Assembly: GCF_037042905.1 (NCBI RefSeq)
Contig: NC_087246.1
Location: forward strand, 5,644,001 to 5,708,000
Length of the DNA stretch: 64,000 bases
Direction of reading: 5' to 3'
DNA from: Lytechinus pictus
Taxonomy: Eukaryota
Shown: one piece after another, positions 1-13,410 of the stretch
How positions within the stretch are numbered: position 1 is the stretch's first letter
How the letters are laid out: each line of letters begins with the position of its first letter
Notes under the pieces: generated by a model
The model's database searches: none
Seen by the model: the letters and a program-made list of their open reading frames with translations, nothing else
Told to the model about the DNA's origin: nothing
Program-made: the position numbers and the translations under genes

Positions 1-1007
1 TCTACCATTATGACTGGCGAACCCCTTCTACTATTATGACTGGCGAACCCCTTTTAGTATTATGACTGGCGACCCTTATCCACTATTATGACTGGCGACC
101 CTCATCCACTATTATGACTGGCGACCCTCATCCACTATTATGACTGGCGAACCCTATAAACTATTATGACTAGCGACCCTCATCTACCATTATAACTGGC
201 GAACCCCTTCTACTATTATGACTGGCGACCCTCATCCATTATTATGACTGGCGAACCCTTTCTACTATTATGAATAGCGACCCTCATCCACTATTATGAC
301 TGGCGACCCTCGTCCATTATTATGACTGGCGAACCCTTTTTACTATTATGAAAAGCGACCCTCATCTACCATTATGACTGGCGACCCTCATCCATTATTA
401 TGACTGACGAACCCTTTCTACTATTATGACTAGCGACCCTCATCTACCATTTTGACTGGCGAACCCCTTCTACTATTATGACTGGCGAACCCCTTCTACT
501 ATTATGACTGGCGAACCCCTTTTAGTATTATGACTGGCGACCCTCATCCACTGTTATGACTGGCGACCCTCATTCACTATTATGACTGGCGACCCTCATC
601 CACTATTATGACTGGCGAACCCCATCTACTATTATGACTGGCGACCCTCATCCACTATTATGACTGGCGACCCTCATCCACTTTTATGACTGGCGACCCT
701 CATCCACTATTATGACTGGCGAACCTCATCTACTATTTATGACTGGCGACCCTCATCCACTATTATGACTGGCGACCCTCATCCACTATTATGACTAGCG
801 ACCACTAGCGTACCTACGGGGGGGCAGGGGGGGGGCACTCTGCCCCCCTGACGAGTCACAACCCATGCAAAAACGTATCTTTGCCCCCCCTGACGGACTT
901 GAAAAACCTTTTTTGCCCCCCCTGACGAGCTTGAAGACTTTTTTTTTTTTTTTTTTTTTGCTTGTCAATTTTTTTATGGAACGAAATCCTTTATTTGTGA
1001 TCGAAGA

Positions 1008-1052
<45 letters not shown>

Positions 1053-1556
1053 TGTCAAATTTTTTGGCGGACGGTTTTGCCCCCCCTGTGGAAAATCCTA
1101 GGTACGCCACTGCTAGCGACCCTCATCTATCATTATGACTGGCGAACCCCTTTTACTATTATGACTGGCGAACCCCTTCTACTATTATGACTGGCGACCC
1201 GCATCCCCTATTATGACTGACGACCCTTATGATTAATGTAGCCTCTTCCTTTTTATGACTAGCGACCCTTATCTAGTATTATGAATACCGACCCTCATTG
1301 TTGATTATGACTAGCGATCCTTATGATCAATTACCCTTATGGTCCATTATGAATAGCGACCCTTATCTTGCATTATGAAAATCGGACCTTATGACTCATT
1401 GTCCTTATGACCTTATGACTAGTGACCCCTTTTGCCTATTATGACTAGCGAGCTTTTGGGTATAGGATTTTACACGTTATGACTAGCGGTCCTTATGACC
1501 AGTTAGTATTATGACTTATGGTCCTTATGACTGACGGGCTTATCCCTGTATCCCGT
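1..1556. repeat. Minisatellite array, ~25-27 bp unit (TATTATGACTGGCGA(A)CCCTCATCCAC), decaying to the right; possibly the interior of a TIR element
   Basis: Dozens of tandem units are visible. The array ends in ...CCCTGTATCCCG and is interrupted by a MITE at 803-1112. Confidence 0.9.
803..1112. mobile_element. hAT-type MITE, family A
   Basis: Imperfect TIRs CACTAGCGTACCTA / TAGGTACGCCACTG and an exact 8-bp TSD CTAGCGAC (795-802, 1113-1120). Confidence 0.88.
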
Positions 1557-2390
1557 ACCAGTAGGCCTATACTTGTACTGTAGAAAAAGAGGCTACACTA
1601 AAAAGGAAACCTCACCATAACATGTCATTCAATGAATGTTGTTTTAATATACAACAAAATATAACAGAGTCTGATTGACTCGAGCTTTCGACTTTTGGGC
1701 CGATCGAAATTCCACGATTTTGCCCTCATTTGAGGCATTTTCACCTGATTTGAGACAATTCCCTGATTTTTCCCTTACTGGAAAAACGTTTTTGAAAAAA
1801 TCCCTGATTTCCTTGATTTCCCTGATGGGCTGGGAACCCTGCCAATCCATTTTAAGGAGGAGGCGAAGAAGTAGAACAAAAACAGAATGAGAAGATATAT
1901 AAGATGAATGACTACTGTGGTGATAACTGATAAAGGTCTGCAAGCGTAGACTATACTATGTTATTACACGTCAGAATGAGTCTTGGCTGCTACCAAAATG
2001 GTTGCTGTGATGTTGCCGCTAATCCGATAAACCTGTATAGTGTCATCAAACTATATGTAATTGGTCCGTTATTTGCCTCCAAATTAACTATTGAAATAAC
2101 GAAACAAAATATTTCATCACAATATTACATGATCTAATTACTTTGTAACTTTTTGGAATCCCCAAACTGCATAACTATTGCTTATTTTCCATCAAGTTCA
2201 AGTATCGTCCGCAATGATGCATCACACTGATTTAAAAGAGGCATAAACATGCTTACCAGATACGTATCCACACAATCAATTAAATTATATTTTCGTTCCT
2301 TTCTTCATAATAATGTTATTCTTATGACACCCCGCCAATCGACCATTATAAGCTACAAGGTCCCTAACTTATTGTTCTGTAAATGAGCAT

Positions 2391-5300
2391 TAAGTCCGGG
2401 TTATAACTGAGCAAGGTGCCACTTGGAGAAGGAGAAATTTTCATATAGTGCCTCTAGACCAGTTTTTTACGCTGAATATGAATATATGAGATAAACAGGC
2501 TGTATCCTGAAAATTAATCTGTGAGGGCGCTTTTTTCAAAATGGCCGCCATATTTTCCGAGAATTTGAATTTTCGTACATAGATTTTGACATAAGCATTT
2601 AATTGCCATAAAATTAGTGTCATATAACAGCCAAATAAATTTCCTACAATTTGGTACTATTTATAGGGGATAAGTAGGTCATTTGGCTGAGATTTTAAGT
2701 AGAAAACTGCATTTTTTGTAATTTTTTTCCCCAAAATTAAAAATTTTACAAATACATGATTTTACATAATTCTATTAAAAATTAATCAATTACCTTGAAA
2801 TGTTCCTGAAAACCTTATTGATATACTATTATCATGTGGATGAAATTCCAACTCTGTATCATTCTTTTTAGCAAATTTATAAGGTATCAAACTTGAATAC
2901 TTCAATTTCAGAAATGTCGCTTTTTGTATGCATTTCCATAGATTAATACGTATAACATGTATAATACATGTATGTATAATGTATAGTTAAAACTTAAATG
3001 CTATTATCTCCGCTAGTTAATCACTTGCAGAGTTAAGAGTAGGCTTTTCTCTATCAGCTACATAAAACAAAATGTTGGCACATCGAAGCCTAACATTTTC
3101 AGGGGGTGGGGTGTCAAAGTCCTCCCCCCCCCCCCCCGTTGCTATATCATGTTGTTGTATATTGCCTATTTGTTAGAAAAATAACTGTTTTTTGGAGCAC
3201 CCATTGAGGCAAAAGGCATTTATGTTATACAGTACATCCACTTTAATTACTTTAAAACCACTTAGAGAGGAAAAGAGTAGGCTTTGTTCTACCAGCTACA
3301 TCAAAAGAAGTAGCACATCGAAGCCTACCCCTCTCGGGGGGGGGGGGCTGTGGAAGTCACCCCACCCCCCCCCCCCTCCTCTATATCATGTATATTGCCT
3401 ATTTATTGGCAATTTCACCATTTTGGATCACCCATTGACATGATTGAGGCATAAGGGCATTTCTACAATACAGTATATCATACAGCCAATTTTATTTTCT
3501 TGCTATTACTTGGAGAGGAAAGCATGGGCTTTGGTATATCAGCTACACATTATTAAGAAGCGCTTGCACATCGAAACCTAGCCCTCTCATGGGCTGTCTT
3601 AGTCAACCTCTCCCCCTCTATATTATGTTTATTGCCTGTGTATTGGAAATTACACCATTTTAAATCACCCATTGAGGCAAAAGGGCATTTCTACTATATA
3701 GTACAGCCAATTTTATTTTCTTGGAATGACTTGGATAGGAAAGAGTAGGCTTTGCTCTATCAGCTATATATAAACAAGTGCTGGCAAATAAAAGCCTACC
3801 CCTCCGGGATGCAGTTGAAATCACCCCATGCCTTTTGCATTATTGCATATTTATTGAAAAATTCACCATTTTGAAGCCCCATTTAGGCAACAAGGCGTTT
3901 CTGATTTATAGTTCTTCCACTTTTACTGCCTTGAAACCACTTAGGGAGGAAAGAATAGGTTTTGCTTTATCAGCCAAATATAAAGAAGTGCTGGCAAATA
4001 AAAGCCTACCCCCTCCGGGTGGCTGTTGAAATCACCCAATCCCTCTTTCATTATCGCCTATTTATTGTTCTGCCTTTTTTCACCCTTGAAACCACTTGTT
4101 GGAGAGAAAAGAATAAAGGCTTTGCTTTAAACAGCTACATATAAAGACATGCTCGAAAATAAAAGCATATCCCCATAAGAGGGCTGTTGAAATCACCCTG
4201 CCCCTTTTTCATTATTGCTTACTTATTTGAAAATTCACAATTTTGGAGCCCCCAGTGAGGCAAAGAGGCGGTTCTGATATATAGTTCTGCCACTATTACC
4301 GCCTTGAAACTACTTGGACAGGAAAGAGTAGGCTTTCCTCTATCAGCTATATATAAAGAAGTGGCTCTACTATATACCAGAAACACCTTTTTTGCCTCAA
4401 TGGGGGCTCCGAAATGGCGAGTTTTCCAATAAATTGGCAAAAAATCGTTAAAAAGGTTGGGTAACATCTATAGTCCCCTGACGTGGGCCAGGCTTCGATA
4501 TGGCAGCAATTCGACATATATAGCTGAAAGAGGGGAATCTACTCTCCAAACTCTTCCTCTCCAAATGGGTTCAAGAAAATGAAATCGGGTGTTTATACAG
4601 CAGAAGTGCATATTGCCTCAATGGGGCTCACAAATTGTGAATTTCCAAATAATTAGGCAATAATGCAAAAGGGGTGGGATGGTTTGACAGCCGCCCACAT
4701 TGGTAAGCTTCAATGTGCCAGCACTTCTTTATAGAGCAACGCATATTCTGTCCTCCTTAATTGGTTTCAAGGCAGTAAAAGCGGCAGAACTATATATCAG
4801 AGATGCCTTTTTACCTCAATGGGGGCTCAAAAATTGTGAATTTTCCAATAAATAGGCAATAATGCAAAGGGGGGAGGGGGTGATTTCGACAGACCCCAGA
4901 AGGGGGTAGGCTTTTATTTGCCAGCACATCTTTATAGCTGATAAAGCAAAGCCCATTCTTTCCTCCCTAAGCGGTTTCAAGGCAATAAAAGTGGCAGAAC
5001 TATATATCAGAGACGCCTTTTTGCTTCAACGGGGGCTCCAAAATGGTGAATTTTCAACAAGTAGCCAAATACCGAAAATTAGTGGGGTAACTTTTACAGC
5101 CGCCTGAATGAGATAGACTTCAATTTGCCAACACTTCTTTATATGGAGCTAATAGAGCAAAGCCTACTCTTTCCTCTCCAAGTCATTGCAAGAAAATAGA
5201 ATTTGCTGTACTATATATTAGAAACGCCCTTTTGCCTTAATGAGTGATCCAAAATTGTGAATGTCCAATAGATAGTCAAATACCGAAAATTGGTGAGATA

Positions 5301-6665
5301 AATTCTACAGCCCCCGAACATTCTAAAGGGGATAGGCTTCGATTTGCCAACACTTCTTTACAGCTGATATGGCAAAGCCTACTCTTTCTTCTCCGAGTCA
5401 TTGCAAGAAAATAAAATTGGCTGTACTATATAGTAGAAACGCGCTTTTGCCTCAATGGGTGATCCAAAATGGTGAAATATCCAATAAAATAGGCAATATA
5501 CATGATATAGAGGAGGGGGGTTGACTTAGACAGCCCCTGAGAGGGTTAGGGTTCGACGTGCCACTGCTTATTTATATGTAGCTGGTAAACTCTACTCTAC
5601 CCTACACTTTCCTCTCTAAGTGGTCTCAAATCAATAAAATGGGGTGTACAACAAAGCACAAACGCTTTTTGGCCTCAATGTTGTGAATTTTCAAATTAAT
5701 TGGCAATATCAAGCAAAAGCTCCCCCTCCCCGAGAGGGGTAGGCTTCGATGTGCCACTTCTTTAGATGTAGCTGGTAGAAAAAAGCCTACTCTTTCCTCG
5801 CCAAGTGGTTTCAAAGCAATTAAAGTGGATGTACTGTATAACAGAAATGCCTTTTGCCTCAATGGGTGCTCCAAAAACAATTATTTTTCTAACAAATAGG
5901 CAATATACAACATGATATAGCAACGGGGGGGGGGGGGGCTTCGACACCCCCACCCCCTAAAAATGTTAGGCTTCGATGTGCCAACATTTTGTTTTATGTA
6001 GCTGATATAGAAAAGCCTACTCTTAACTCTGCAAGTGATTAACTAGCGGAGATAAGAGCATTTAAGTTTTAACTATACATTATACATACATGTATTATAC
6101 ATGTTATACGTATTAATCTATGAAAATGCATACAAAAAGCGACATTTCTGAAATTGAAGTATTCAAGTTTGATACCTTATAAATTTGCTAAAAAGAATGA
6201 TACAGAGTTGGAATTTCATCCACATGATAATAGTATATCAATAAGGTTTTCAGGATTATTTCAAGGTAATTGATTAATTTTTCATAGAATTATGTAAAAT
6301 CATGTATTTGTAAAATTTTTAATTTTTGGGAAAAAATTACAAAAAATGTAGTTTTCTACTAAAAATCTCAGCCAAATGACCTACTTATCCCCTATAAATA
6401 GTACCAAATTGTAGGAAATTTATTTGGCTTTTAAATTATACTAGTTTTATGGCAATTAAATGCTTATGTCAAAATCTATGTACGAAAATTCAAATTCTCG
6501 GAAAATATGGCGGCCATTTTGAAAAAAGCGCCCTCACAGGATAATTTTCAGGATACAGCCTGTTTACCTCATATATTCATATTCAGCGTAAAAACTGGTC
6601 TAGAGGCACTGTATGAAAATTTCTCCTTCTCCAAGTGGCACCTTGCTCAGTTATAACCCGGACTA
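2391..6665. mobile_element. Non-autonomous foldback DNA transposon (Academ-like termini)
   Basis: Starts TAAGTCCGGGTTATAACTGAGCAAGG and ends CCTTGCTCAGTTATAACCCGGACTA. About 900 bp of near-identical inverted arms. Internal ~240-bp subrepeats flip orientation near 4365. No transposase ORF; TSD not clean. Confidence 0.85.
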
Positions 6666-6728
6666 TATTAGATGTAATGATTATGAGTATTATGAGTTGA
6701 CTGTATCCAACCTCTCAAGATTTCCAAG

Positions 6729-8589
6729 TTGAAAATACGACCCTTTCGTGATTCTTCTGTTCGGGTGTTTGGGCAATGGATCACCGACTTTAGCTGGAAA
6801 GAGCTTAACGCCACTTGTGATCCTGACGAAATGGTTGATATTCTCCACTGTACGCTCATGACGCAGTACAAACGTTGCTTTCCTGAGAAATCTTTTAAAC
6901 GGAGAGCAAGAGACAAACCGTGGTTCAATGTAAAAATTCGAAGTCTGATTAACCAGCGTGAACTAGCTTATAGAAGTAGAAAGTTTGATCGATACCATCA
7001 ACTAAGGAATAAAGTTCAACGTGAAATTAGCAGAGCTAAATCAACCTATTTCCGTAACAAGGTCGAGCATCTGAAACAATCAGAACCAGGAAAGTGGCAC
7101 AGACAGATACGGTCTCTTACTGGAATGACCAAGAAGCCGTCATTTTCCCTGGGTCCTGAGGATGAATCCCCTCGTCAGATAGCAGAGAATCTTAATGTTC
7201 ATTTTTCCCTAGTCTTCAACGTGTTGCCTCCATTAGACTTGTCAGCCCTCCCAGCGTATCTCCCAGCCCCTTCATCACCTCCGGTAATCCAGGAACATGA
7301 GGTCTATAAGCGTCTTAAACGTCTCAACTCATCGAAGGCACCTCATCCCAATGATGTTCCTACTCGTCTATTCAAGGAATTCGCATTGGAAATTTCAGGA
7401 CCGTTGAGCAAGATATTCAATGAATGCCTGAAAGTCGGTTATTTCCCTGCGAAATGGAAGTGTGCATCGGTTTGCGCTGTTCCTAAAACTCAACGAGTCA
7501 CCTGCCTTGACCAGCTTCGTCCAATCTCGATCACCTCTGTCCTGTCCAGATTATTTGAGAGCTTTCTGGCAGACTGGTTGATGATTGATCGTAGGCCTCA
7601 CATTGATCCTTCTCAATATGGCAATATGAAAGGAAGCTCAATCAATCATTATCTTGTAGATATGCTGGATCTCATCTACAGGAGTTTGGAACGCAGTGGA
7701 TGTTACGCCAACATTTGTACAATTGATTTCACAAAGGCCTTTGACCTTGTCAATCACACCAAGGTTATTGAAAAGCTGATCAATCTGGGAGTAGATGCTT
7801 CTGTTTTACCTACCGTCTGTAGTTTTTTGTCGGAGCGTTATCAAATGGTTCGACATCAGGGATACTCATCTAGTCATCTGCGTCTCTCTTGCGGAGTGCC
7901 CCAGGGTACGAAACTTGGGCCTATCCTCTTCCTTGTACTCGTCAATGATGCTGCCATAAGTACAAGGTATCGATGGAAGTATGTAGACGACTTAAGCGTT
8001 GTGGAGGTTTTACCAAAGAACCAGCAAAGCTCCATGCAGGACCATGTTAATTTGCTGAGTCAATGGTGCATCTCAAATGACGTTACGCCTAAACCCGAAA
8101 AGTGTAAAGTCATGCAAGTGTCCTTCCTGAAGGTCCCTCCACCCCAGCTAGACATCACAATCAAGGATTGACACTTGGAACGTGTCAACTCGTTAACCCT
8201 TCTTGGTGTGATGATTCGTTCGGATCTCAAGTGGGATGATCAAGTCCAACACATGATTTCACGCTCTTCAAGAAGACTGTATATCCTCTGCATTCTAAAG
8301 AAATTTGGTGTTGATAAGCATGATCTCGTAAATATCTACAAAGTGTACATTCGTCCACTGTTGGAGTTTGGTGTTCCGGTTTGGGGATCTGCAATCACTA
8401 AAACACAAAGTGACGAAATTGAAAGACTCCAAAAACGAGCTCTTCGTATGATTTTGTATCCGTCATCTCTTTCATACTCTCAACAACTCACTCTTTTTGG
8501 CCTCCCTTCATTATGTGAACGCAGAAAGGATCTCATCTTGAGTTTTGGACTTGGTCTTCTCAAATCTCACCGCCATCGAGACATGTTAC
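6729..8589 (+). pseudogene. LINE ORF2 reverse transcriptase, disrupted
   Basis: The 480-aa and 141-aa ORFs are in the same frame, separated by one TGA at 8169-8171. The C-terminus lies at 11740-11879. Confidence 0.9.
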
Positions 8590-8959
8590 CACTGGCGTAA
8601 ATCCCGGGGGGATGGGGGGATATATCCCCCCCACTTTTCGAGGAGGGGGGGATGGCCTGTACAAACATCCCCCCCCCACTTTTTACGAAAGAAATGAAAA
8701 AAAAAAATCACAAGAGATAATTGTTTTATTGGTGAAAATTCTTCCTAAAATACCGCTTAACAAATAAAACAATATCATTGAATCATAAAATGCAAATAAA
8801 GAGCCAGTTCACCATTTCCAAACGAAATACTTATGTCCTTATTATAACATTGAAGAGAAACCCCCGTTTCTTCCAATTCATCAATGTTGGGGTCTTTGGG
8901 AAGGGAATAAGATGGAATGTCAAAAAAATTTGAATGTAATCTAAAAAAAAAAACATTAA

Positions 8960-10836
8960 AGGAGAAATATATTGAAAATCGTAAAAATGGAGAATCATAT
9001 ATCAAATCAAAGGAGAAAATAAGGAGAACACGATGGTGTACATCATTTATCATGGAGACCGATTGAACTCAGTTAATTGATAGTTTAAAGTTCTCTCTCT
9101 GAATGCTTCAAACACGCAGAATTACGTCCGCGAAATTGGGGATTTTTTTATGACGTCACTTTCTGTACGAGAGGCGTGATTGGCTCTCCCACGTGAAGCT
9201 CCACTTGCATGCAAACCCTGGTGCGAGGGTACGTTTTCTCCACATTGTCACTGAATACTTTGATCACGAAATGAAAGAAAACCCAGAATTTTATCTAGAT
9301 TTGGATTTTCAAATTGATGATTTTGAAGATGAAGAGAATGATGATGAAGTGAACAACAAAGTGACGTAGTTGGAGGTAAATTGGGGGAATTGATGATGAG
9401 GAGTCGGACAATTCAACTTGCAACACGATCACATGCCGATTCGCTACCAACTCATGCAGCTGCTAAGTGCTAGCTACACCGCGCGTGCCAAATTGAATTC
9501 ACGAAAATGACTTACCACACTGTCCAGACAGAGTCTCTTACTTCTGTGACTATGAAGAAGGAAAATAATGATAAAACTGTACTTACAAATAAGTGAATGT
9601 AATCCGAACCTGAAGGCAAATCAACTCAACGAATAGCAGCAGACGATATGCACCGATGATAAACTTCATGTGGCTGGGATAGATTGTCACTCGTTCTGTT
9701 AGATGTAATTTTTATCTCATTAATTTGACAAAATTACGAAACTCGGGGAATTATTTATTTATATAAAAATATAGTAACATCTCGTATAATTTTTAAAATA
9801 CGATAAAACGTTTTTTGAAGGAAAACGTTGAGGTAAATTAAAATTAGATGTAAAAGATCCCCAACATGCGTAGCTTGATTGAGAGCTGTGCAACACGTGC
9901 ATTGGTCTACTCTCTCAGCCAAGGCGAGAAAGCGATACGGCATGATTGTGATTTTGATTACGATCACATATACGAGCTTTTAAAAGGTTTTACCGTAATT
10001 TAAAAAATAATACGAGATGTTACTATATTTCTATATAGATAAATAATTCCCCGAGTTTCGTAATTTTGTCAAATTAATGAGATAAAAATTACATCTAACA
10101 GAACGAGTGACAATCTATCCCAGCCACATGAAGTTTATCGTCGGTGCATATCGTCTGCTGCTATTCGTTGAGTTGCCTTCAGGTTCGGATTACATTCACT
10201 TGTTTGTAAGTACAGTTTTTAACATTATTTTCCTTCTTCATAGTCAGAGGTAAGAGACTCTGTCTGGACAGTGTGGTAATTCATTTTCATGAATTCAATT
10301 TGGCCCGCGCGGTGTAGCTAGCACTTAGCAGCTGCATGAGTTAGGTAGCGAATCGGCATGTGATCGTGTTGCAAGTTGAATTGTCCGACTCATCATCATC
10401 GGCGTAATTCCCCCAATTTACCTCCAACTACGTCACTTTGTTGTTCATTTCATCATCATTCTCTTCATCTTCAAAATCATCAATTTGAAAATCCAAATCT
10501 AGATAAAATTCTGGGTTTTCTTTCATTTCGTGATCGAAGTATTCAGTGACAGTGTGGAGAAAACGTACCCTCGCAACAGGTTTTGCATGCAAGTGGAGCT
10601 TCACGTGGGAGAGCCAATCACGCATCTCGTACAGAAAGTGACGTCATCAAATTCAAGTCAATTCAGAGACCGATGCGAGGCATATTTCGGAGAGGCATTT
10701 TGAGCGTTTTTTAATCGGCGATTTTCACCTTATGTATTATTTTCGTTATTTTTGAATGACCCACTGATAATCCCCACATCATTACCTTTCCATTGACATA
10801 TAATAAGACCACATTCATAATCAATATAGTTCTCCT
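8960..10836. mobile_element. Kolobok-like TTAA element with a large internal inverted repeat
   Basis: TTAA|AGGAGAAATATATTGA...TCAATATAGTTCTCCT|TTAA. The empty site CCATTAAACC is seen in the paralogous outer element near 26585. Internal arms at ~9150-9800 and ~9995-10647. Confidence 0.88.
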
Positions 10837-10897
10837 TTAAACCATCATGGGGTAAAACAGATAATAATATTGGAGGGGTATTTGCCATATGGACATA

Positions 10898-11619
10898 CAG
10901 TGGCGTAACTACGGGGGGAATGGGGGGCACATCCCCCCATCGGCTGACCAAAAAAAAACGGGAAAGGGGGAAAAGGAGAAAAGAGGGAGAAAGGAAGAGA
11001 AACGTGGTGGGAAAGAAGAAAATATTATTCATTATAATGTTATATTATGTTATAATTATGTTATGTTACATTATACATAAGAAACATTTTTATCATAACT
11101 TTATGAAACATAATTTGCCTAGGGCCTACGTCTTCATTGTTCCTGGTGCTCGCATTGTCTGTTTAACGAGATATATAATCCTGTTGTACTAAAACATCCC
11201 GTTTTCAAGTCAATATAAACCAAATATATTTCCTAGCACTTGAGTTATCATTGTTTTATGTAGTGACATATGCTTCTTTTTCATGACTCAAAAAGTGATT
11301 GCTCCATGTTAAGGTCTTCGTATATATATGAAACATTTCCTGTCCGTGATTACGTTCGCATTAGTGGATTGGTGAGATATGTCTGCTCTTAATTCATGAA
11401 TTCCTAAAATCAGTCCTTAAAATGTCCCTTCTTCTGAACTGAATATCAAAAATTTTCAGCTCGCGCTTCGCGCTCGCATCATGTGGTTAATGAAATACGT
11501 ATGGTCCTAGTTAATTCCTACAAAGAAACCTTAGAATGCCCCACTTCAGGTCTGAATTATCTAAATTTTCAGCTGGTGCCCCCCCCCCCCCCAATGCCGT
11601 GACCCACGATACGCCACTG
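10898..11619. mobile_element. hAT-type MITE, family C, nested
   Basis: CAGTGGCGTA...TACGCCACTG with 8-bp TSD TGGACATA (10890-10897, 11620-11627). Confidence 0.9.
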
Positions 11620-13306
11620 TGGACATATCAATGACAATTCCTTGCATATCTAAAAACATGATTGCAAAAAAAATGCCAAAATATTTCAGTCACCCCCCCC
11701 CCCCACCCATCAACACGGATTTACGCCAGTGCATGTTACCCCCCACACGTCAATCTGTTTCGCGACACAGTTCGGCCCTGCGTAATGCGCATCTTCTAGA
11801 CTTACCGCGATGCAGAACTCAGAGATATAAGAACTCAACTATCCCTCATGTCACAGCATTATTGAATGCTGCTCTGTGATATGTGCCTCTGTAAATGCCA
11901 TTGAAGTCAATGTCAACCCTTGTTCATGTTCGTATATAATTTGTGTGTAAAAGTATGACATTGTTTTCTTCCCTTCACCCTTCACCTCCTTTTTCATAAC
12001 TTACAAAAGTTCCCCCCCCCCCTCAGTTTACATTGAAATCAATCAACATAATACATATCCCAATATTTTTGTGTGTTTTTATCGGTCATTCTATTTTCTC
12101 TTTATATAGCATTATCCCCTTAATTATATTTGTGTAATGTGTAGAACCTCGAGTGCAATATTTAATCTTACTATTATGTTCTTATTATATTTTGTTAATT
12201 CGTATATAGGTATATAATTTAATGTATTTTTCCTTTTTTTCTGTTAACTTTGTATGTGTCAGTCTTCGGACTGTTTTACAATGTCTTTCATAATAAACCG
12301 AATTGAATTGAATGATATAATTTTCATCATCATCTATCTAATCGATATATAGGCCTAATTATAAGAATTATATTTGATTTGAACAATTCATTGATGAGCG
12401 ACTATCTCGTCATCGATAGACCTTCACGGTGAGGTTTTGCGCGCACCAGCCCTTACCCGCCTCTACCCCTCCGGATCCTGGCGACATGTATTAACTGATG
12501 CATGGTATTTATTAGTAGACCGGCCAAAAGTAAAAAAGTGCTCTAGATAAGGATTCGACGGCAAAATTTGTTAATGCTTGGCATCCCAGCTAAAAGTCTT
12601 GCAAAAATACCCAGGAATAGCGTACGGCCGGATGCCAAGCGCAATTTTGCGTGAAAGTGTCATTTTTAGCGTAAAAACTGAAAGAATGTCGAAAATCACG
12701 CATTTTGATATTTTGACGGATTATCATCATATTTTTGATTATCTTTGATATGAAATTATTTTGATTCAGAGTTTCAAATTATAAGTCTCATAAATATGCA
12801 TTTTGAATTTGAATATTACACACACACATATGGCCCAGGGAAACATAAAACCACGATTTCATCGAAATAAAAGTTTGTGAAAACTATCAATAGTTTGAAG
12901 TTTTTTTACGCAGCTTAAATTCTTCGATTTAACTGCGTTTATCCATCAAATGTATAGTTAATGTCCTAATGTCACAAATATTAAAAGAATTTTCAAGTAA
13001 GATGGAGGATATCTCACTTTATGTTATCCGAAAGGAGACAATGTGCATTTTACCAGGCGCGCATTTTGAAAGAAAAATTGAAAATACCGTACATTATGTA
13101 CATAATTACATGTATAAGTACATACTAAAGCGAGTTTTTAATTACATGTATAAGTGCATTCTAAAGCAAGTTTTTAATTGGATAGCACAATTTGTCAATT
13201 CTTTGCATCCCAGCTAAAAGTCTTGCGGAAGTCCTGAGGAATAACGTACGGGCGGATGCCAAGCGCAATTTTGCGTGAAACTGTCATTTTTAGCGTAAAA
13301 TCTGAA

Positions 13307-13410
13307 ATAATAATAATAATAATACATGAGATTTATATAGCGCCATTATCCACTTTGTTGAAATGCTCAAGGCGCTTGAAAAAGAGGAGCTAGAATTATA
13401 ATTCAATGTA
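13307..13410 (-). repeat. Short L2-type/SINE 3' tail insertion
   Basis: Minus strand reads AAGCGCCTTGAG...GCGCTATATAAAT...(ATT)n. It is absent from the neighbouring 650-bp units. Confidence 0.6.

Larger units (their letters stand above)
8590..11731. mobile_element. Composite hAT-type non-autonomous element (family B outer) with two nested insertions
   Basis: TIRs CACTGGCGTAAATCC / GGATTTACGCCAGTG and an exact 8-bp TSD CATGTTAC (8582-8589, 11732-11739). Confidence 0.93.
6700..12313 (+). mobile_element. 5'-truncated CR1/L2-group LINE, split by a composite hAT insertion at 8590-11731
   Basis: RT motifs LRPIS, QYG, DFTKAFD, GVPQGTKLGP and YVDD. The frame resumes after the insertion (MLPPTRQ...RCRTQRYKNS, stop at 11879). 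3' end is AATAAA followed by (GAATT)n. Confidence 0.93.

Noticed and set aside
795..1101. Poly-Lys/poly-Phe ORFs, also near 53800-54150 and 60220-60630
   Set aside because: Homopolymer runs inside MITEs.
1..1300. CRISPR-like regular repeats
   Set aside because: Units are contiguous with no unique spacers, there are no cas genes, and the context is eukaryotic.
2257..2376. Possible further minus-strand exon
   Set aside because: Stops in all three frames.
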